In this document: positions 8,040-19,512 of the stretch, one piece after another
Layout of the letters: each line of letters begins with the position of its first letter
Position numbering within the stretch: the stretch's first letter is position 1
DNA from: an uncultured Clostridia bacterium
GTDB lineage: Bacteria > Bacillota > Clostridia > Christensenellales > UBA1242
NCBI GenBank assembly: GCA_944364445.1
Contig: CALVWC010000001.1
Span: 1,575-65,574, forward strand
Length of the DNA: 64,000 nucleotides
Reading direction: 5' to 3'
Translations under genes and position numbers: made by a program
Notes under the pieces: generated by a model
What the model was told of the DNA's origin: nothing
What the model saw: the letters and a program-made list of their open reading frames with translations, nothing else
The model's database searches: none

Positions 8040-8849
8040 TTAATCTAAAGTTATTTTTCCAATGCGATTTTTGCGGAAATCATCCACCACCATATATGCC
8101 GTGCGGTCTAGGTCAAGTTCGCCACCCGCTTTCACATATTTTCTAAGAAATGCGATATCTTCCAAATTCTTAGCGTCGCCATAGCGTTTGGAAATTAAAG
8201 AAGGATATTTTTCGTTTAAAATTGAAAGTAAATCTGTGGCAAGCGAAGTAAACTCCAAAACTTCATCACGAACACTGCCAACATACGCGAGCTTCTTGGC
8301 AATTTCTTGACTTTCGATGTTAGGATAAAGCGTTCCGGGAGTGTCGTAGATTTCAATTCCGTCGCCAACATTAAGCCACTGTCCACTCTTCGTCACGCCA
8401 GCCTTGTTGCCCGTGACCGCCTTTGCCTTTTTGCAAAGATTGTTGACAAGCGAACTTTTGCCACTGTTCGGCACACCGACAACCACACATCGAATTGTTG
8501 GCTTGACACCTTTCGCCTTATACTTCTCCACCTTTTTATATGCCAACTTTTTAATCTTGTCTAAGATTAAGGTGTTTTTTGAAAAGTTAGAGTTATATAA
8601 AATGTAGTCCTTATTTTCGCCCTTAAAATTTTCTTTCAAAGCACTAACTCGCTTTTCATCAGCAAGGTCAATCTTATTTAATATGTAAAGCACAGGCTTA
8701 TTTTCAGACAACTCATCAAGTTTTGGATTTAAGGAAGAGAGCGGTATGCGCGCGTCTAAAACATAAAGGACAACATCCACTTTTTTAAGTTCTTCCTTTA
8801 TCTCCTTTAACGCCTTATACATATGCCCAGGAAACCAATTTATCTTCAT
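8040..8849 (-). CDS. rbgA: Ribosome biogenesis GTPase A
   Basis: N-terminus MKINWFPGHMYKA. Circularly permuted GTPase motifs (NKIDL ... GVPNSGKSS ... DTPG). GGAGAGAGT RBS before the ATG at 8849. Confidence 0.9.
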   Translation of the reverse strand: MKINWFPGHMYKALKEIKEELKKVDVVLYVLDARIPLSSLNPKLDELSENKPVLYILNKIDLADEKRVSALKENFKGENKDYILYNSNFSKNTLILDKIKKLAYKKVEKYKAKGVKPTIRCVVVGVPNSGKSSLVNNLCKKAKAVTGNKAGVTKSGQWLNVGDGIEIYDTPGTLYPNIESQEIAKKLAYVGSVRDEVLEFTSLATDLLSILNEKYPSLISKRYGDAKNLEDIAFLRKYVKAGGELDLDRTAYMVVDDFRKNRIGKITLD

Positions 8850-8957
8850 ACTCTCTCCAAAAATTTCCAATTTTCAAAACAAAAGAAAATGTTATAAAAA
8901 TAATAAAAAAATACGAAAAAATAGTAAAAAATTGCTATTTTTTGTTCATTTTTTACT

Positions 8958-9491
8958 TTATAAGTTATTATTATATTTTCCTTCGGTTGCAAGTTTAAGT
9001 GCCTCTTCGGCAGTTTCAGCCTTTTTTAAAGACCATAATGGATTTGTCTCTAATAAATTTAATAATTTTTTGTCATTTGTGCTTTTAGCATAATCATAAA
9101 TGATTTTTCTCAACGCCTTGCTTATCTCAAATATTGTTGAAAAACTTATCGTTTCGGTCAAATTATTTATTTTCATAAAAGTTCCCTTGCTTACACCACA
9201 ATAACGTTCTTCATTACAATAAATTGAATACATATCATATCTTTCTCTTACAACTTTTAAAACATCTCCTTCATCTAATTGAGAATAATAATCTTCATTA
9301 AAAACTGCGAAATTAAATGGACTTTCTTCTTCGATTCTGACGCCAGGCCAATTTCTAGCCACAAAACCTTTTTCATAATCAAATAGATAAATATTAGCAA
9401 ATATGCTGAAACAACCAAATATATCGCAATTTGGATACGTGAAAACAATTTCATCATTTTTAAAATTAAATTGTTGAAATAACTTTTCCAT
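8958..9491 (-). CDS. Hypothetical protein (177 aa), operonic with trmD
   Basis: AGGAG RBS. The start lies 10 nt after the trmD stop. No motif recognised. Confidence 0.6.
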   Translation of the reverse strand: MEKLFQQFNFKNDEIVFTYPNCDIFGCFSIFANIYLFDYEKGFVARNWPGVRIEEESPFNFAVFNEDYYSQLDEGDVLKVVRERYDMYSIYCNEERYCGVSKGTFMKINNLTETISFSTIFEISKALRKIIYDYAKSTNDKKLLNLLETNPLWSLKKAETAEEALKLATEGKYNNNL

Positions 9492-9500
9492 TTTATACTC

Positions 9501-10169
9501 CTAATTCTTTTTTAATAAATCACTTCTTCGCTCTTTTGTACGTTTTAGGCTTTGTTTATTTCTCCACTTTTCCACCTCTTGATGATTACCTGAAAGCAAA
9601 ACCTCTGGAACTTTTATCCCCTCAAAAACGGCTGGTCGCGTGTATTGAGGATACTCCAAAAGCCCATTTGAAAAACTTTCATTTTCCAAACTTTCCTTAC
9701 TAATAACGCCATCAACAAAGCGAGAAAGCGAGTCGATAATCACCATGCTTGGAAGTTCGCCACCTGTCAAAACATAGTCGCCAAGCGAGATTTCTTCAAT
9801 GTCGAAAAGTTCAAAAATGCGTTCGTCCACCCCCTCATAGTGACCGCAAACAAAAATCAAGTGCTCAAAACTAGACAATTCTTTTGCTTTCTTATGGTCA
9901 AATTTCGCTCCACGAGGCGAAGGAAAAATGATTTTGGAATTTTCCTTTTGAACGCTTTTAATGGCATCATAGATTGGTTGCACGCTCATAAGCATACCAG
10001 CACCACCACCGAAAGGATAATCGTCGCATTTCTTGTGCTTATCCTTGGAAAAATCGCGAATATTTATCAGGTTAAATTCCAAGATATGATTATCAACTGC
10101 ACGCTTCAAAATGCTGGAATTTAGTGGCGAAAACATTTCAGGAAACAAGGTTAAAATGTCAATTTTCAT
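9501..10169 (-). CDS. trmD: tRNA (guanine37-N1)-methyltransferase
   Basis: [14 protein letters not shown]-terminus and [11 protein letters not shown] motif. The track ORF is N-terminally over-extended into rimM. Confidence 0.92.
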   Translation of the reverse strand: MKIDILTLFPEMFSPLNSSILKRAVDNHILEFNLINIRDFSKDKHKKCDDYPFGGGAGMLMSVQPIYDAIKSVQKENSKIIFPSPRGAKFDHKKAKELSSFEHLIFVCGHYEGVDERIFELFDIEEISLGDYVLTGGELPSMVIIDSLSRFVDGVISKESLENESFSNGLLEYPQYTRPAVFEGIKVPEVLLSGNHQEVEKWRNKQSLKRTKERRSDLLKKN

Positions 10170-10659
10170 AAAGCGTCTTTGCCCCCTCATATTCCTTTCT
10201 ATCCACCACAAAACCGTCGGCAGTCTTTTTGAAAATCGCTTTAACAAATGGAAGTTGATAGACAAGTTCACCTTCTTTAATTAAAAGAATGTCGTCAAAC
10301 CCAAAGTTGTCTGCACCTTGAATTTGCCCAACCATTTCGCCATTTTCATCATACAAAATTTGCCCAACAAGGTCATCAATAAGATAGGTGTTGGAAGGAA
10401 TTTTATAAAACTCTTCCTTGTCGATATACACCAGCGAATTACGATATTTTTCCGCGGTGTTTCGGTCTGGTATCTCCTCAAACATGGCATAAGCAAAGCC
10501 TTGGCGATAGGAACAAGACTTCACTTTGACAGGCTTTTTGTCGATAAACATCTCGTGCTTACCATTAAAAATCGCAGGAATATCAATGAGAGGATAAATT
10601 TTAACCTCCCCCTTAATACCCTGCGGTTTAACAATTTTCCCAACGCTTAAAAGTTCCAC
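10159..10659 (-). CDS. rimM: 16S rRNA processing protein RimM
   Basis: [16 protein letters not shown]-terminal motif. Position between the KH protein gene and trmD. Confidence 0.9.
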   Translation of the reverse strand: MELLSVGKIVKPQGIKGEVKIYPLIDIPAIFNGKHEMFIDKKPVKVKSCSYRQGFAYAMFEEIPDRNTAEKYRNSLVYIDKEEFYKIPSNTYLIDDLVGQILYDENGEMVGQIQGADNFGFDDILLIKEGELVYQLPFVKAIFKKTADGFVVDRKEYEGAKTLYEN

Positions 10660-10662
10660 AAA

Positions 10663-10893
10663 TTAATCTCCAAACTTAACATAGATTTTCTTGTGTTCCT
10701 TTGCGCCCACGGACTTTATGATTGTTCTTATGCTACTTGCCATTTTGCCGTTTTTGCCAATAACTTTTCCAATATCTTCACTGTTGACTTTAACAACAAA
10801 GGTTATGGAAGAGGCTTGCTCTTGCTTTGAAATTTGCACATCGTTTTCATTTTTAACAAGGTTCTTCACAAGAATTTCAAGTAATTGTTGCAT
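10663..10893 (-). CDS. KH-domain RNA-binding protein (YlqC family)
   Basis: GKVIGKNGKMASSIRTI GXXG KH motif. AGAGGAGA RBS before the ATG at 10893. Confidence 0.85.
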   Translation of the reverse strand: MQQLLEILVKNLVKNENDVQISKQEQASSITFVVKVNSEDIGKVIGKNGKMASSIRTIIKSVGAKEHKKIYVKFGD

Positions 10894-10968
10894 AATGTCT
10901 CCTCTTAATTTTGAAGAAATTAAGTAATGAAAAATTTTCATAACTTTTCTTCAAACTTTTAAAACAAA

Positions 10969-11223
10969 TTATTTGCTTTCTTGAATTGCACCGCTCTTCT
11001 TCAAAATTGATTTAGCAGTTTCAGTTGGAAGCGCACCATTTTTAAGCCATTTTGTTGCTTTTTCGTTGTCAATTTTGATTTCAGCAGGATTTGTGAGTGG
11101 ATTGTAAGTTCCAAGAATATCAATGAATTTACCATCTCTTGGGCTTTTAGAATCAGCAACAACAACACGATAGAAAGGTGATTTTTTATCTCCCATTCTG
11201 GTCAATCTAATTTTAACAGCCAT
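10969..11223 (-). CDS. rpsP: 30S ribosomal protein S16
   Basis: [31 protein letters not shown]. Confidence 0.95.
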   Translation of the reverse strand: MAVKIRLTRMGDKKSPFYRVVVADSKSPRDGKFIDILGTYNPLTNPAEIKIDNEKATKWLKNGALPTETAKSILKKSGAIQESK

Positions 11224-11317
11224 GATTTTTCTCCTTTTAATAGATTTTATATATACGCCGATTTCTCGGGATATACCGAACATAATTTAACAAAATTTCG
11301 CATTAGTTTGAGCAATT

Positions 11318-12628
11318 TTAAAACAACCCGCGCAACCCTTTTTTGTTTTTAAGTTGTTTCATCATCTCCTTTGATTGCTCAAATTGTTTAAGAAGTTGGT
11401 TCACTTGCTGAATGCTTGTGCCACTGCCCTCTGCAATCCTTTTGCGTCTTGACGCCTTGATGATGTCTGGATTTAGTCTTTCCTCACGAGTCATACTTTG
11501 AATGATTGCCTTATTAACTGCAAGTTGCTTTTCGTCGATTGTGACGCCTTTAAGTTTATTTGCCATGCCTGGTATCATTCTGACAATATCATTCAAACTG
11601 CCCATCTTTTTCAGATTTTCCATTTGCACAAGATAGTCTTCAAAAGTAAAGGAATTTTCACGGAACTTTTCTTCCAATTTCTTCGCCTCTTCTTCGCTGA
11701 CTGCTTCTTGTGCCTTTTCAATTAGCGACAAAACATCGCCCATACCCAAAATTCTGCTGGCAATGCGGTCTGGATAAAATGGCTCAATGTCGCCGATTTT
11801 TTCACCAACACCAGTGAACTTAATAGGTTTTCCTGTGATCGCTTTAATGGAAAGTGCCGCACCGCCTCTCGTGTCGCCGTCAAGTTTAGTTAAAATAACA
11901 CCTGAAATGTCGAGGTCTTTATTAAAACTTTCACTTATTGTCACGGCGTCTTGACCTGTCATAGCATCAACCACAAGCAAAATCTCGTGAGGCTTAACCT
12001 CTTTTTTGATGTCCTTAAGTTCGTTCATAAGTTCTTCATTGATGTGAAGTCTGCCTGCCGTGTCGATGATAACAACATCATAGCCTTGCTTTCCAGCGTG
12101 CTGAATTGCCTGCTTTGCTGTTTTAACAGGATTTTGCGTTCCCTTTTCAAAAACATCACAATTTGCTTGCTTTCCAACAACTTGAAGTTGATTAATTGCG
12201 GCGGGTCTATAAATGTCACACGCAACAAGAAGAGGTCTTTTTCCGCTTTTTTTGAGGTATGCACCAAGTTTTGCACACATAGTGGTTTTACCAGCACCTT
12301 GAAGCCCGCACATCATGATTATTGCTGGATTGGAAGAAAGGTGAAGTTTTTGGTCGGTGCTGGACATTAGCGAAACAAGTTCGTCTTTAACAATTTTAAT
12401 AACCATTTGCCCTGGCGTTAACGACCGCATAACATCTTCACCCACCGCCTTTGCAGAAACTTTGTTCACAAAGTCTTTTGCCACCATATAGTTGACATCA
12501 GCCTCAAGCAGTGCAATTCTAACCTCACGCATCGCCTCTTTGATTTCAAGTTCGGTAAGTTTTCCACGCTTTGTGAGTTTGGAAAAAATGTGATTAAATT
12601 TTTCAGTTAAGTTTGAAAATAGAGCCAT
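11318..12628 (-). CDS. ffh: Signal recognition particle protein Ffh
   Basis: GLQGAGKTT P-loop, DTAGR, TKLDGD, and a Met-rich M domain. Confidence 0.95.
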   Translation of the reverse strand: MALFSNLTEKFNHIFSKLTKRGKLTELEIKEAMREVRIALLEADVNYMVAKDFVNKVSAKAVGEDVMRSLTPGQMVIKIVKDELVSLMSSTDQKLHLSSNPAIIMMCGLQGAGKTTMCAKLGAYLKKSGKRPLLVACDIYRPAAINQLQVVGKQANCDVFEKGTQNPVKTAKQAIQHAGKQGYDVVIIDTAGRLHINEELMNELKDIKKEVKPHEILLVVDAMTGQDAVTISESFNKDLDISGVILTKLDGDTRGGAALSIKAITGKPIKFTGVGEKIGDIEPFYPDRIASRILGMGDVLSLIEKAQEAVSEEEAKKLEEKFRENSFTFEDYLVQMENLKKMGSLNDIVRMIPGMANKLKGVTIDEKQLAVNKAIIQSMTREERLNPDIIKASRRKRIAEGSGTSIQQVNQLLKQFEQSKEMMKQLKNKKGLRGLF

Positions 12629-12957
12629 TATAAATCTCCTAAAATTTCATCGACTTTTATTTTTATATTTTCTATATTATTTATCTCTTTAAGTTTCGTA
12701 AGTTTTTGTTGCAAGTTTTCTTTTTTTAAAGCGATGTTCAAAACTTTCTCCAAAGCGTCAAGTTTAGCACAAGACTTTGTTATTCCATCCAAAACCGCTT
12801 GACGAGAGATATTTTTCTCCTTCGAAATTTCTGCCAAGGTCATGTTAAAGTTGAAATACAAATTCATAAGCGCCTGCCTATCTTCGCTTAAAAGTTTTCC
12901 GTAAACCTCAAAAAGTTTACCATATTTAACGAAATCTGCAAGGTCAATCTTTGCCAT
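12628..12957 (-). CDS. ylxM: YlxM / UPF0122 putative DNA-binding protein
   Basis: LLSEDRQALMNLYFNFNMTLAEISKEKNISRQAV helix-turn-helix region. Immediately upstream of ffh. Confidence 0.85.
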   Translation of the reverse strand: MAKIDLADFVKYGKLFEVYGKLLSEDRQALMNLYFNFNMTLAEISKEKNISRQAVLDGITKSCAKLDALEKVLNIALKKENLQQKLTKLKEINNIENIKIKVDEILGDL

Positions 12958-13122
12958 TAACACGCCCTTTTTTGTAAAGCAAAATAACTTTACACTTTAT
13001 TATAGCAAAACAAAAATTAAAAATCAAGTGTTTTAAAAAAATTTTTAAAGCAATTTCAAATGAACATAGTTTTACTCAAAGCCTAACTAAAATGAATTAT
13101 AAAAACAAAATAAAAATTGTTT

Positions 13123-14223
13123 TTAAGGAAAAAGATGTTCGATTATAAAATCTGAAACAGCGTAATAATTTGGATTGAGATAAACCTTATCGTTTTCCTT
13201 TTTTAAGATGTTTTTTTCTAAAAATTGCATAAAAAACTCGTTTTTTTCTAAAAAATAGCCCATTTTTTTGAGTTTTTCTAAATCAACACCATTTTTGCAT
13301 CTAAGTCCAAGCAAAATTCTTTCTTCAATTTCCTTGTCATTTGTTATCGTTTCCGAATAAGTTTTGCCTTCATAATAGTCATTCAAAACACTGGAATTTT
13401 CATATCTAACACCATGTATAAACGAGTGCGAAGACACACCAAAGCCAACATAATCATCATAGGACCAATATGCTAAATTATGTTTGCTTTCAAAATTTGG
13501 CAAAGAAAAATTGCTAATCTCGTATTGATTAAAATGCTGTTTTTTAAGAAATTTTCTAAGTTTTTCATAACTTTTAGCCACCGCCTCGTCATCTAAAGGG
13601 CGATATTTTTTGCTTTCCACAAGATTAAACAAAGGTGTGTTTTCGTGAACTTCCAGCATATAACAAGAGATATGTTTTACTCCAAATTTAATTAATTTTT
13701 TTGCATATTTAACCACATTTTTTTCTTTTTCTAAGCCCAAAATTAAATCGCACGAAACATTGTCAAAATATCGTTTTGCCAATTTCAATTTGTTAAGAGC
13801 CTCTTCTTTTGTGTGCAATCGTCCAATTTTTTTAAGCGTTTTGTTGTTTAGACTTTGGATGCCAATGCTTAATCTATTCACTCCAAGTTTTTTATAAAAC
13901 TTAAACTTTTCTTCGCCAACAGAATTAGGATTAACTTCCATTGTAATTTCAGCGTCAGTTGCAATTTCAAATTTTGTTTTGAGTGCGTCAAAAATTTTTT
14001 CCAACAAATCCAACCTTAAAACTGACGGCGTTCCTCCACCAAAATAAATGGTTTTTGCCTTATAACCATTCTCGAACTTTTCAATTTCCTTTAAAAGATG
14101 TTTAATATATTCCTTTTGCATATCTTCGCTTGAAACAAAGGAAGTAAAGGCACAATAAAGGCATTTCCTTTCACAAAAAGGAAGATGAATGTAAACTGAA
14201 ATTTCCTTATCACTATTTTTCAT
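13123..14223 (-). CDS. hemW: Radical SAM family heme chaperone HemW (HemN-like)
   Basis: [18 protein letters not shown]3CX2C motif. Position downstream of lepA. Confidence 0.85.
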   Translation of the reverse strand: MKNSDKEISVYIHLPFCERKCLYCAFTSFVSSEDMQKEYIKHLLKEIEKFENGYKAKTIYFGGGTPSVLRLDLLEKIFDALKTKFEIATDAEITMEVNPNSVGEEKFKFYKKLGVNRLSIGIQSLNNKTLKKIGRLHTKEEALNKLKLAKRYFDNVSCDLILGLEKEKNVVKYAKKLIKFGVKHISCYMLEVHENTPLFNLVESKKYRPLDDEAVAKSYEKLRKFLKKQHFNQYEISNFSLPNFESKHNLAYWSYDDYVGFGVSSHSFIHGVRYENSSVLNDYYEGKTYSETITNDKEIEERILLGLRCKNGVDLEKLKKMGYFLEKNEFFMQFLEKNILKKENDKVYLNPNYYAVSDFIIEHLFP

Positions 14224-16021
14224 CGTTCAACTTCAAAATACTCATAAATGCTTCCGATGGTATTTCCACCGAACCAATCTTACGCATTTTTTTCTTACCC
14301 TCTTTTTGTTTTTCAAGAAGTTTTCTTTTTCTTGAAATATCTCCGCCATAGCACTTGGCAAGCACATCTTTTCTTAAAGCAGAAATAGTTTCACGCGCAA
14401 TGATTTTGTTGCCGATGCACGCCTGAATTGGCACTTCAAAAAGTTGGCGAGGAATGATTTTTTTTAGTCGCTCAGCAAGTTCTCTGCCTCTTGTGTATGC
14501 CTTATCCTTATGCACAATCATGGAAAGTGCGTCACATTTTTCGCCATTGAGAAGGATATCCACTCTCACTAAGTCCGCTTGGCTATAACCAAAAAATTCA
14601 TAGTCAAAACTTGCATAGCCATGAGTGCGTGATTTTAAACTATCAAAAAAGTCATAAATAATTTCGCCAAGTGGAAGTTCATAGTTAAGTTCCACTCTGC
14701 GCTTGTCAAGATAGGTCATGTTTTTATATACCCCACGCTTATCTTGACACAAATCCATAATCGCACCAACATAGTCTGGAGGTGTGAAAACATTAACCTT
14801 GACCATTGGCTCTTCAATATGGTCGATCTCCACCTGCGGTGGCAAATTGGAAGGATTGGAAATTTCCAAAACGTCACCGTTGGTTTTGAAAACCATATAT
14901 GAAACACTTGGTGCAGTTGTGATGATGTCAAGATTAAACTCACGCTCCAATCTTTCTGTTATGATTTCAAGATGTAGTAATCCCAAAAAGCCACAGCGAA
15001 AACCATAGCCAAGTGCCGTGGAATTTTCAGGCGAAAACTGCAAACTGGCGTCATTGAGTTTAAGTTTGTCAAGAGAGTCTTTAAGTTCGCCATATTTCGC
15101 ACCATCAACTGGAAAAATTCCACAGAAAACCACTGGCTTAACCTCTTTATATCCAGCGAGAGGCTCAGAAATTGGATTGTCGGCAGAAGTTATCGTGTCA
15201 CCCACTTTAACATCACTTATCGTTTTGATTGAGCCAGCAAGATAACCAACATCACCCGCTTTTAAAAGATTAACCTCTTTTGTGTTAGGCACGAAAATGC
15301 CGACCTCAGTCACCTCAAAAACCTTGTTTGTTTGCATCATCAAAATCTTATCGCCTTTTTTAACCTTTCCGTCAAAAACACGAATAAGACAGATTGCCCC
15401 CTTGAAATTGTCGTAGTGACTGTCGAAAATCAAGCATTTAAGTTTTCCGTTTTCGTCGCCTTTCGGACATGGGATTTTTTCAATAATCGCTTTCAAAACA
15501 TCTTCAACATTTGTTCCTTCTTTTGCAGAAATACAAGGACAATCATGTGCATCCAAGCCAATGACATCTTCAATTTCAGATTTAACCTCATCAACTCGTG
15601 CCGACGGCAAATCAATTTTATTGATAACTGGCACTGTTTCCAAATTGTTGTCAAGTGCAAGGTATGTGTTTGCAAGTGTTTGAGCCTCCACCCCTTGCGA
15701 CGCGTCCACAAGAAGAAGTGCGCCTTCACAAGCTGCAAGCGAACGCGAAACTTCATAGGTGAAGTCAACATGCCCCGGCGTGTCGATTAAATTGAGTGTG
15801 TATTCTTTGCCCTCATATTCATAAATAAGCCTCGTTGGCGCAAGTTTAATTGTGATACCCTTTTCTCTTTCAAGTTCCATGCTGTCAAGAATTTGGTCTT
15901 GCATTTCACGCTTAGAAACTGTGCCAGTCAGTTCAATCAATCTATCTGCCAGCGTGCTTTTGCCATGGTCTATATGAGCAATTATGCAAAAATTTCTTAT
16001 ATACTTAAGTTCGTCGTTCAA
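14213..16021 (-). CDS. lepA: Translation elongation factor 4 (LepA)
   Basis: [37 protein letters not shown] start at 16021 with a GGGAG RBS. The track start at 16090 is over-extended. Confidence 0.93.
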   Translation of the reverse strand: MNDELKYIRNFCIIAHIDHGKSTLADRLIELTGTVSKREMQDQILDSMELEREKGITIKLAPTRLIYEYEGKEYTLNLIDTPGHVDFTYEVSRSLAACEGALLLVDASQGVEAQTLANTYLALDNNLETVPVINKIDLPSARVDEVKSEIEDVIGLDAHDCPCISAKEGTNVEDVLKAIIEKIPCPKGDENGKLKCLIFDSHYDNFKGAICLIRVFDGKVKKGDKILMMQTNKVFEVTEVGIFVPNTKEVNLLKAGDVGYLAGSIKTISDVKVGDTITSADNPISEPLAGYKEVKPVVFCGIFPVDGAKYGELKDSLDKLKLNDASLQFSPENSTALGYGFRCGFLGLLHLEIITERLEREFNLDIITTAPSVSYMVFKTNGDVLEISNPSNLPPQVEIDHIEEPMVKVNVFTPPDYVGAIMDLCQDKRGVYKNMTYLDKRRVELNYELPLGEIIYDFFDSLKSRTHGYASFDYEFFGYSQADLVRVDILLNGEKCDALSMIVHKDKAYTRGRELAERLKKIIPRQLFEVPIQACIGNKIIARETISALRKDVLAKCYGGDISRKRKLLEKQKEGKKKMRKIGSVEIPSEAFMSILKLNDEK

Positions 16022-16161
16022 GTTTTTCTCCCTTATGTGATTATACACGAATGTTAAAATTTTACCAAACAAATTTAGGCTTAAAGTCAAATTCCTTTTA
16101 TCTTAGCGCTAAAATTTGATTGGTAAATTTATGTGCTTGAATATATTTAAAGTTTATAAGC

Positions 16162-16185
16162 AAAAAAAAGATAGGCAAGCCTATC
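16162..16185 (-). terminator. Intrinsic terminator after efp
   Basis: GATAGG/CCTATC stem with a 4-nt loop, followed by U8 on the minus strand. Confidence 0.85.
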
Positions 16186-16190
16186 AATTC

Positions 16191-16751
16191 TTATTTAACT
16201 TTTTCCATGTATGAGCCGTCACGCGTGTCAACTCTTATTATATCTCCAATATTAACAAAAAGTGGAACGCTAATGGTGTAGCCAGTTATGAGTGTTGCTG
16301 GTTTTTTGGAGGCCTTTGAGGTGTCGCCTTGAATGCCCGGTTCAGTGTCAACAACTTCAAGTTCCACGAATGTTGGAGGATAAACGGCAAAAGGCACACC
16401 CTTATACATATACATGGTTGTTGTCATGTTTTCAGTGACAAAATTTAAAACATCTGCAACAACATCTTTGTTAAGTGGCATTTGCTCATATGTGTCGTTA
16501 TCCATGAAATAATAAAGGTCGCCGTCATTGTAAAGATAAAGCATATCTTTCTTTTCAATCACAGCCTCTTGGAATTTATCTGATGGGTTGAAAGTGTCCT
16601 CACGAACTTGCCCAGTCATAACATTTTTAATTTTCGCTCTAACAAATGGCGAGCCTTTTCCCGGTTTTACATGCAAAAAGTCGATAACGTTATAAACGTT
16701 GCCGTCCATTTCAAAAGTTGTTCCTTTTCTAAAATCTCCTGCTGATACCAT
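16191..16751 (-). CDS. efp: Elongation factor P
   Basis: [39 protein letters not shown]. Confidence 0.95.
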   Translation of the reverse strand: MVSAGDFRKGTTFEMDGNVYNVIDFLHVKPGKGSPFVRAKIKNVMTGQVREDTFNPSDKFQEAVIEKKDMLYLYNDGDLYYFMDNDTYEQMPLNKDVVADVLNFVTENMTTTMYMYKGVPFAVYPPTFVELEVVDTEPGIQGDTSKASKKPATLITGYTISVPLFVNIGDIIRVDTRDGSYMEKVK

Positions 16752-16828
16752 AATTTCTCCTATATTTAAAATTTAACTTTTGTTATTATATCATATTTAA
16801 AGCACCTTGGCAAGTGTTTTTTGTGCAT

Positions 16829-17704
16829 TTATTTCGCTTTCTTTCGATTTTCCAAGGCATTTAGATAAATATTTTTCATTGTGACGCTATCTTCCGCCAT
16901 TGTGCCAGCGGATTCACAAACAACATGGCAAGACATATCATAGTCGATTAAAACTTCCACCAAATCTTCAAAGCGAGGTCCATAAATTTCATCTGCAAAA
17001 GTGAGATGCCTTATCTCGCCCTTAGTGCCGTATTGAATTTTAGAAAAGTGGATGTGAGAAATTTTAGTTCGCTCTTCGCCCAACTTTTCAAAGGCATAGT
17101 CGAAAATCTTTTTGTAGTCCTCTTTTGTTTTCAACGAACCTTGCGTGAGTGCATTGATATGCCCAAAGTCGAATGTTGGAAGAAGGCGTTTAGAAAGCGA
17201 GCAAAGGTCGATAATTTCTTTATACGTTCCTATCTGCATGGTTTTACCCATGGTTTCAGGGCAAAGATACAGCGTGCTTCCAAGTTCATTCTCAAGCATT
17301 GGCAAAATATCTTTAAAGCGGTTCATTAAAAGCGAAACCGCTTCTTCTCGCGTCAACTTTCCACAAGATGCTGGATGAAAAATCAATCTGTTTGCTTTTA
17401 AATTTTTCAAGAATTTTATACCAGTTGTCAAATATCCAATCGATTTTTGAAACATCTCCTCATCAGGATTGGCAAAGTTGATGAAATATGGCGCATGAAC
17501 GGAAAGTTCAATTCCGTTTTTAACAAACTCGTCGCCAATCTTTATCGCTGTTTCAGACGACATTCGATAACCTTGCCCAAAACTATATTCAAATAAATCT
17601 AAACCTTTCGCTTTTGTCCAACTTGGTGCTTCCATTGTGGAAGTGTGACCCTCATTAAAAAACGACTCGCTGTTTCCTGCAGGACCGAACAAAATTTTCC
17701 CCAT
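16829..17704 (-). CDS. Xylose isomerase-like TIM-barrel protein (endonuclease IV / AP endonuclease 2 family-like)
   Basis: The pattern FGPAGNS...LSVHAPYFINFANPD...IFHPASCG...FDFGH is consistent with the endo IV-like TIM-barrel family. Exact function not assignable. Confidence 0.6.
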   Translation of the reverse strand: MGKILFGPAGNSESFFNEGHTSTMEAPSWTKAKGLDLFEYSFGQGYRMSSETAIKIGDEFVKNGIELSVHAPYFINFANPDEEMFQKSIGYLTTGIKFLKNLKANRLIFHPASCGKLTREEAVSLLMNRFKDILPMLENELGSTLYLCPETMGKTMQIGTYKEIIDLCSLSKRLLPTFDFGHINALTQGSLKTKEDYKKIFDYAFEKLGEERTKISHIHFSKIQYGTKGEIRHLTFADEIYGPRFEDLVEVLIDYDMSCHVVCESAGTMAEDSVTMKNIYLNALENRKKAK

Positions 17705-17713
17705 ATTTTCTCC

Positions 17714-18559
17714 TTAAGTTAAATTCAATTTCATTTTAAGTTTACCATTTTTAACTTCGCCAAGACCTAAAAATTTTTTGTCGAAATAAAGTTTATATTC
17801 ACCGTCTTTTTCGCCATAGTCTAAAACTTGACCATTTAAGATTTTAAAATTTTCTTTTTCGTTTAATGTGATTTTTGGAAGATTAAACACACTGTCACAA
17901 GGAATAATTTTAAAATCTCCCTTTTCAATTTCATCAAGTGTGTATGCATCTTTAAGGCTAAACATACCACATCTTGTGCGTAGTATGCATTGCATACTAC
18001 CATATGTTCCAAGGTGGTATGCAAGATCTCGTGCAATCGAGCGAATGTAAGTTCCACTTGAACATGTGATTTCAAAACGATATAAATTTTTTTCAATCTG
18101 GCGAAGAATTTTGAAATCGTAAATTTCCACCTCTTTTGGCGACAAGTCCAGCGTGCCACCATTTCGCGCCTCTTTATATCCCACTTTACCATTCACTTTT
18201 TTGGCAGAGTATTGTGGTGGCATTTGGTCGTATTTTCCAATCATATTTTTAACTGCTTCTTCCAGTTCTTTGAATGTGAAATTTGCTTCTTTCTCTTTCA
18301 CGACCTTGCCAGAAGTGTCAAGCGTGTCCGTTTCCAGCCCAAAAACAAAATTCGCCTCGTATGTTTTATCTTTTTGAAGAAAAAAGTCAAAAAGTTTTGT
18401 GCCTTTGTTTACCGTCACAGGAAGCAGACCCTCACCTTCCAAATCTAGCGTGCCTAGGTGACCGCATTTTTTTGCCTTTAATTTATGCTTCACAATGTTA
18501 ACGACTTTATTCGACGAAATCTCCTTGGGTTTATTCACTAAAATAATTCCACTTACCAT
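17714..18559 (-). CDS. truB: tRNA pseudouridine55 synthase
   Basis: GIILVNKPKEISS...GHLGTLDLEGEGLLPV catalytic Asp motif. PPQYSAKKVNG. Confidence 0.92.
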   Translation of the reverse strand: MVSGIILVNKPKEISSNKVVNIVKHKLKAKKCGHLGTLDLEGEGLLPVTVNKGTKLFDFFLQKDKTYEANFVFGLETDTLDTSGKVVKEKEANFTFKELEEAVKNMIGKYDQMPPQYSAKKVNGKVGYKEARNGGTLDLSPKEVEIYDFKILRQIEKNLYRFEITCSSGTYIRSIARDLAYHLGTYGSMQCILRTRCGMFSLKDAYTLDEIEKGDFKIIPCDSVFNLPKITLNEKENFKILNGQVLDYGEKDGEYKLYFDKKFLGLGEVKNGKLKMKLNLT

Positions 18560-19512
18560 TAAAATTCCTCACTGATTTTTTCCAGCGCTTTTCCCACATA
18601 TTTGGCATTTCCTTTAAGCGTAAAACCAGCCGCCATTTTATGACCACCGCCACCATGACGCACAGCGACGCCAGCAACCTCGTAGCCGTTTTTAGAGCGA
18701 CAACTAACCTTATAAGTTTCGCTTTCCAATTCATACGCCATCATCACAACATTGAACTCTTTAATTTGATTTAAGTCATCAATAAAAAGTTTCACATCCT
18801 CAACCGAGCCACCGACTTTTTCTAACATTTTTTTTGAAACAACAAGGTGGCAAATGTTTTTTGGCGAAAGTTTGTAAATGGAAAAAAGATAGTCGCGAAT
18901 TTTAATTTGCTGTAAAGTTTTACTGCGATAAACCACATCATAAACTTTTTGAATGTCCGCTCCAGATTTTAAAAGCGTAATCGCACCCTCGAAAGTTGAA
19001 ATATCTGTGTTTGTGTGCAAAAACCTGCCTGTGTCGCCCACAACGCCAGCATAAATATATGTTGCCACTTCTTTGGTGAGAGGTATTTTTAAATCATTTA
19101 AAATTTCAAGAACAATTAAACTTGCCGAACTTTTATTTTCTTCTATTAAAAACTTACAACCAGTTTCAACTTCCACTTGAAGATGGTGGTCAATTACCAA
19201 AATATTATCTTTTTTTGCAACTTCCGCGCGATATTTCTCTTCCAATCTTGAAAAAATATTGCAATCTAAAATCATGACAAGATCGAAATTTTCTGAAGAA
19301 AATACACTTTCAATTTCTTTTTTATCAAAAATGTTCAAAAGAAAGGAATTTTTGGTAGGATTGGAAAATATTGTCGCTTTCGTGCCCAACTTTTCACACA
19401 AATATTTCGCACCAAAAAGCGCACCAAAGCAATCTAAATCAGGATTTTGATGCCCAAATATTGCCACATTTTTCGCAGATGTTATCAGTTCTTTTATTTC
19501 CTTACTAGTCAT
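18559..19512 (-). CDS. DHH/DHHA1 family phosphoesterase (NrnA-like)
   Basis: GHQNPDLDCFG, DHH, and GGGGHKMAAGF motifs. Confidence 0.85.
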   Translation of the reverse strand: MTSKEIKELITSAKNVAIFGHQNPDLDCFGALFGAKYLCEKLGTKATIFSNPTKNSFLLNIFDKKEIESVFSSENFDLVMILDCNIFSRLEEKYRAEVAKKDNILVIDHHLQVEVETGCKFLIEENKSSASLIVLEILNDLKIPLTKEVATYIYAGVVGDTGRFLHTNTDISTFEGAITLLKSGADIQKVYDVVYRSKTLQQIKIRDYLFSIYKLSPKNICHLVVSKKMLEKVGGSVEDVKLFIDDLNQIKEFNVVMMAYELESETYKVSCRSKNGYEVAGVAVRHGGGGHKMAAGFTLKGNAKYVGKALEKISEEF

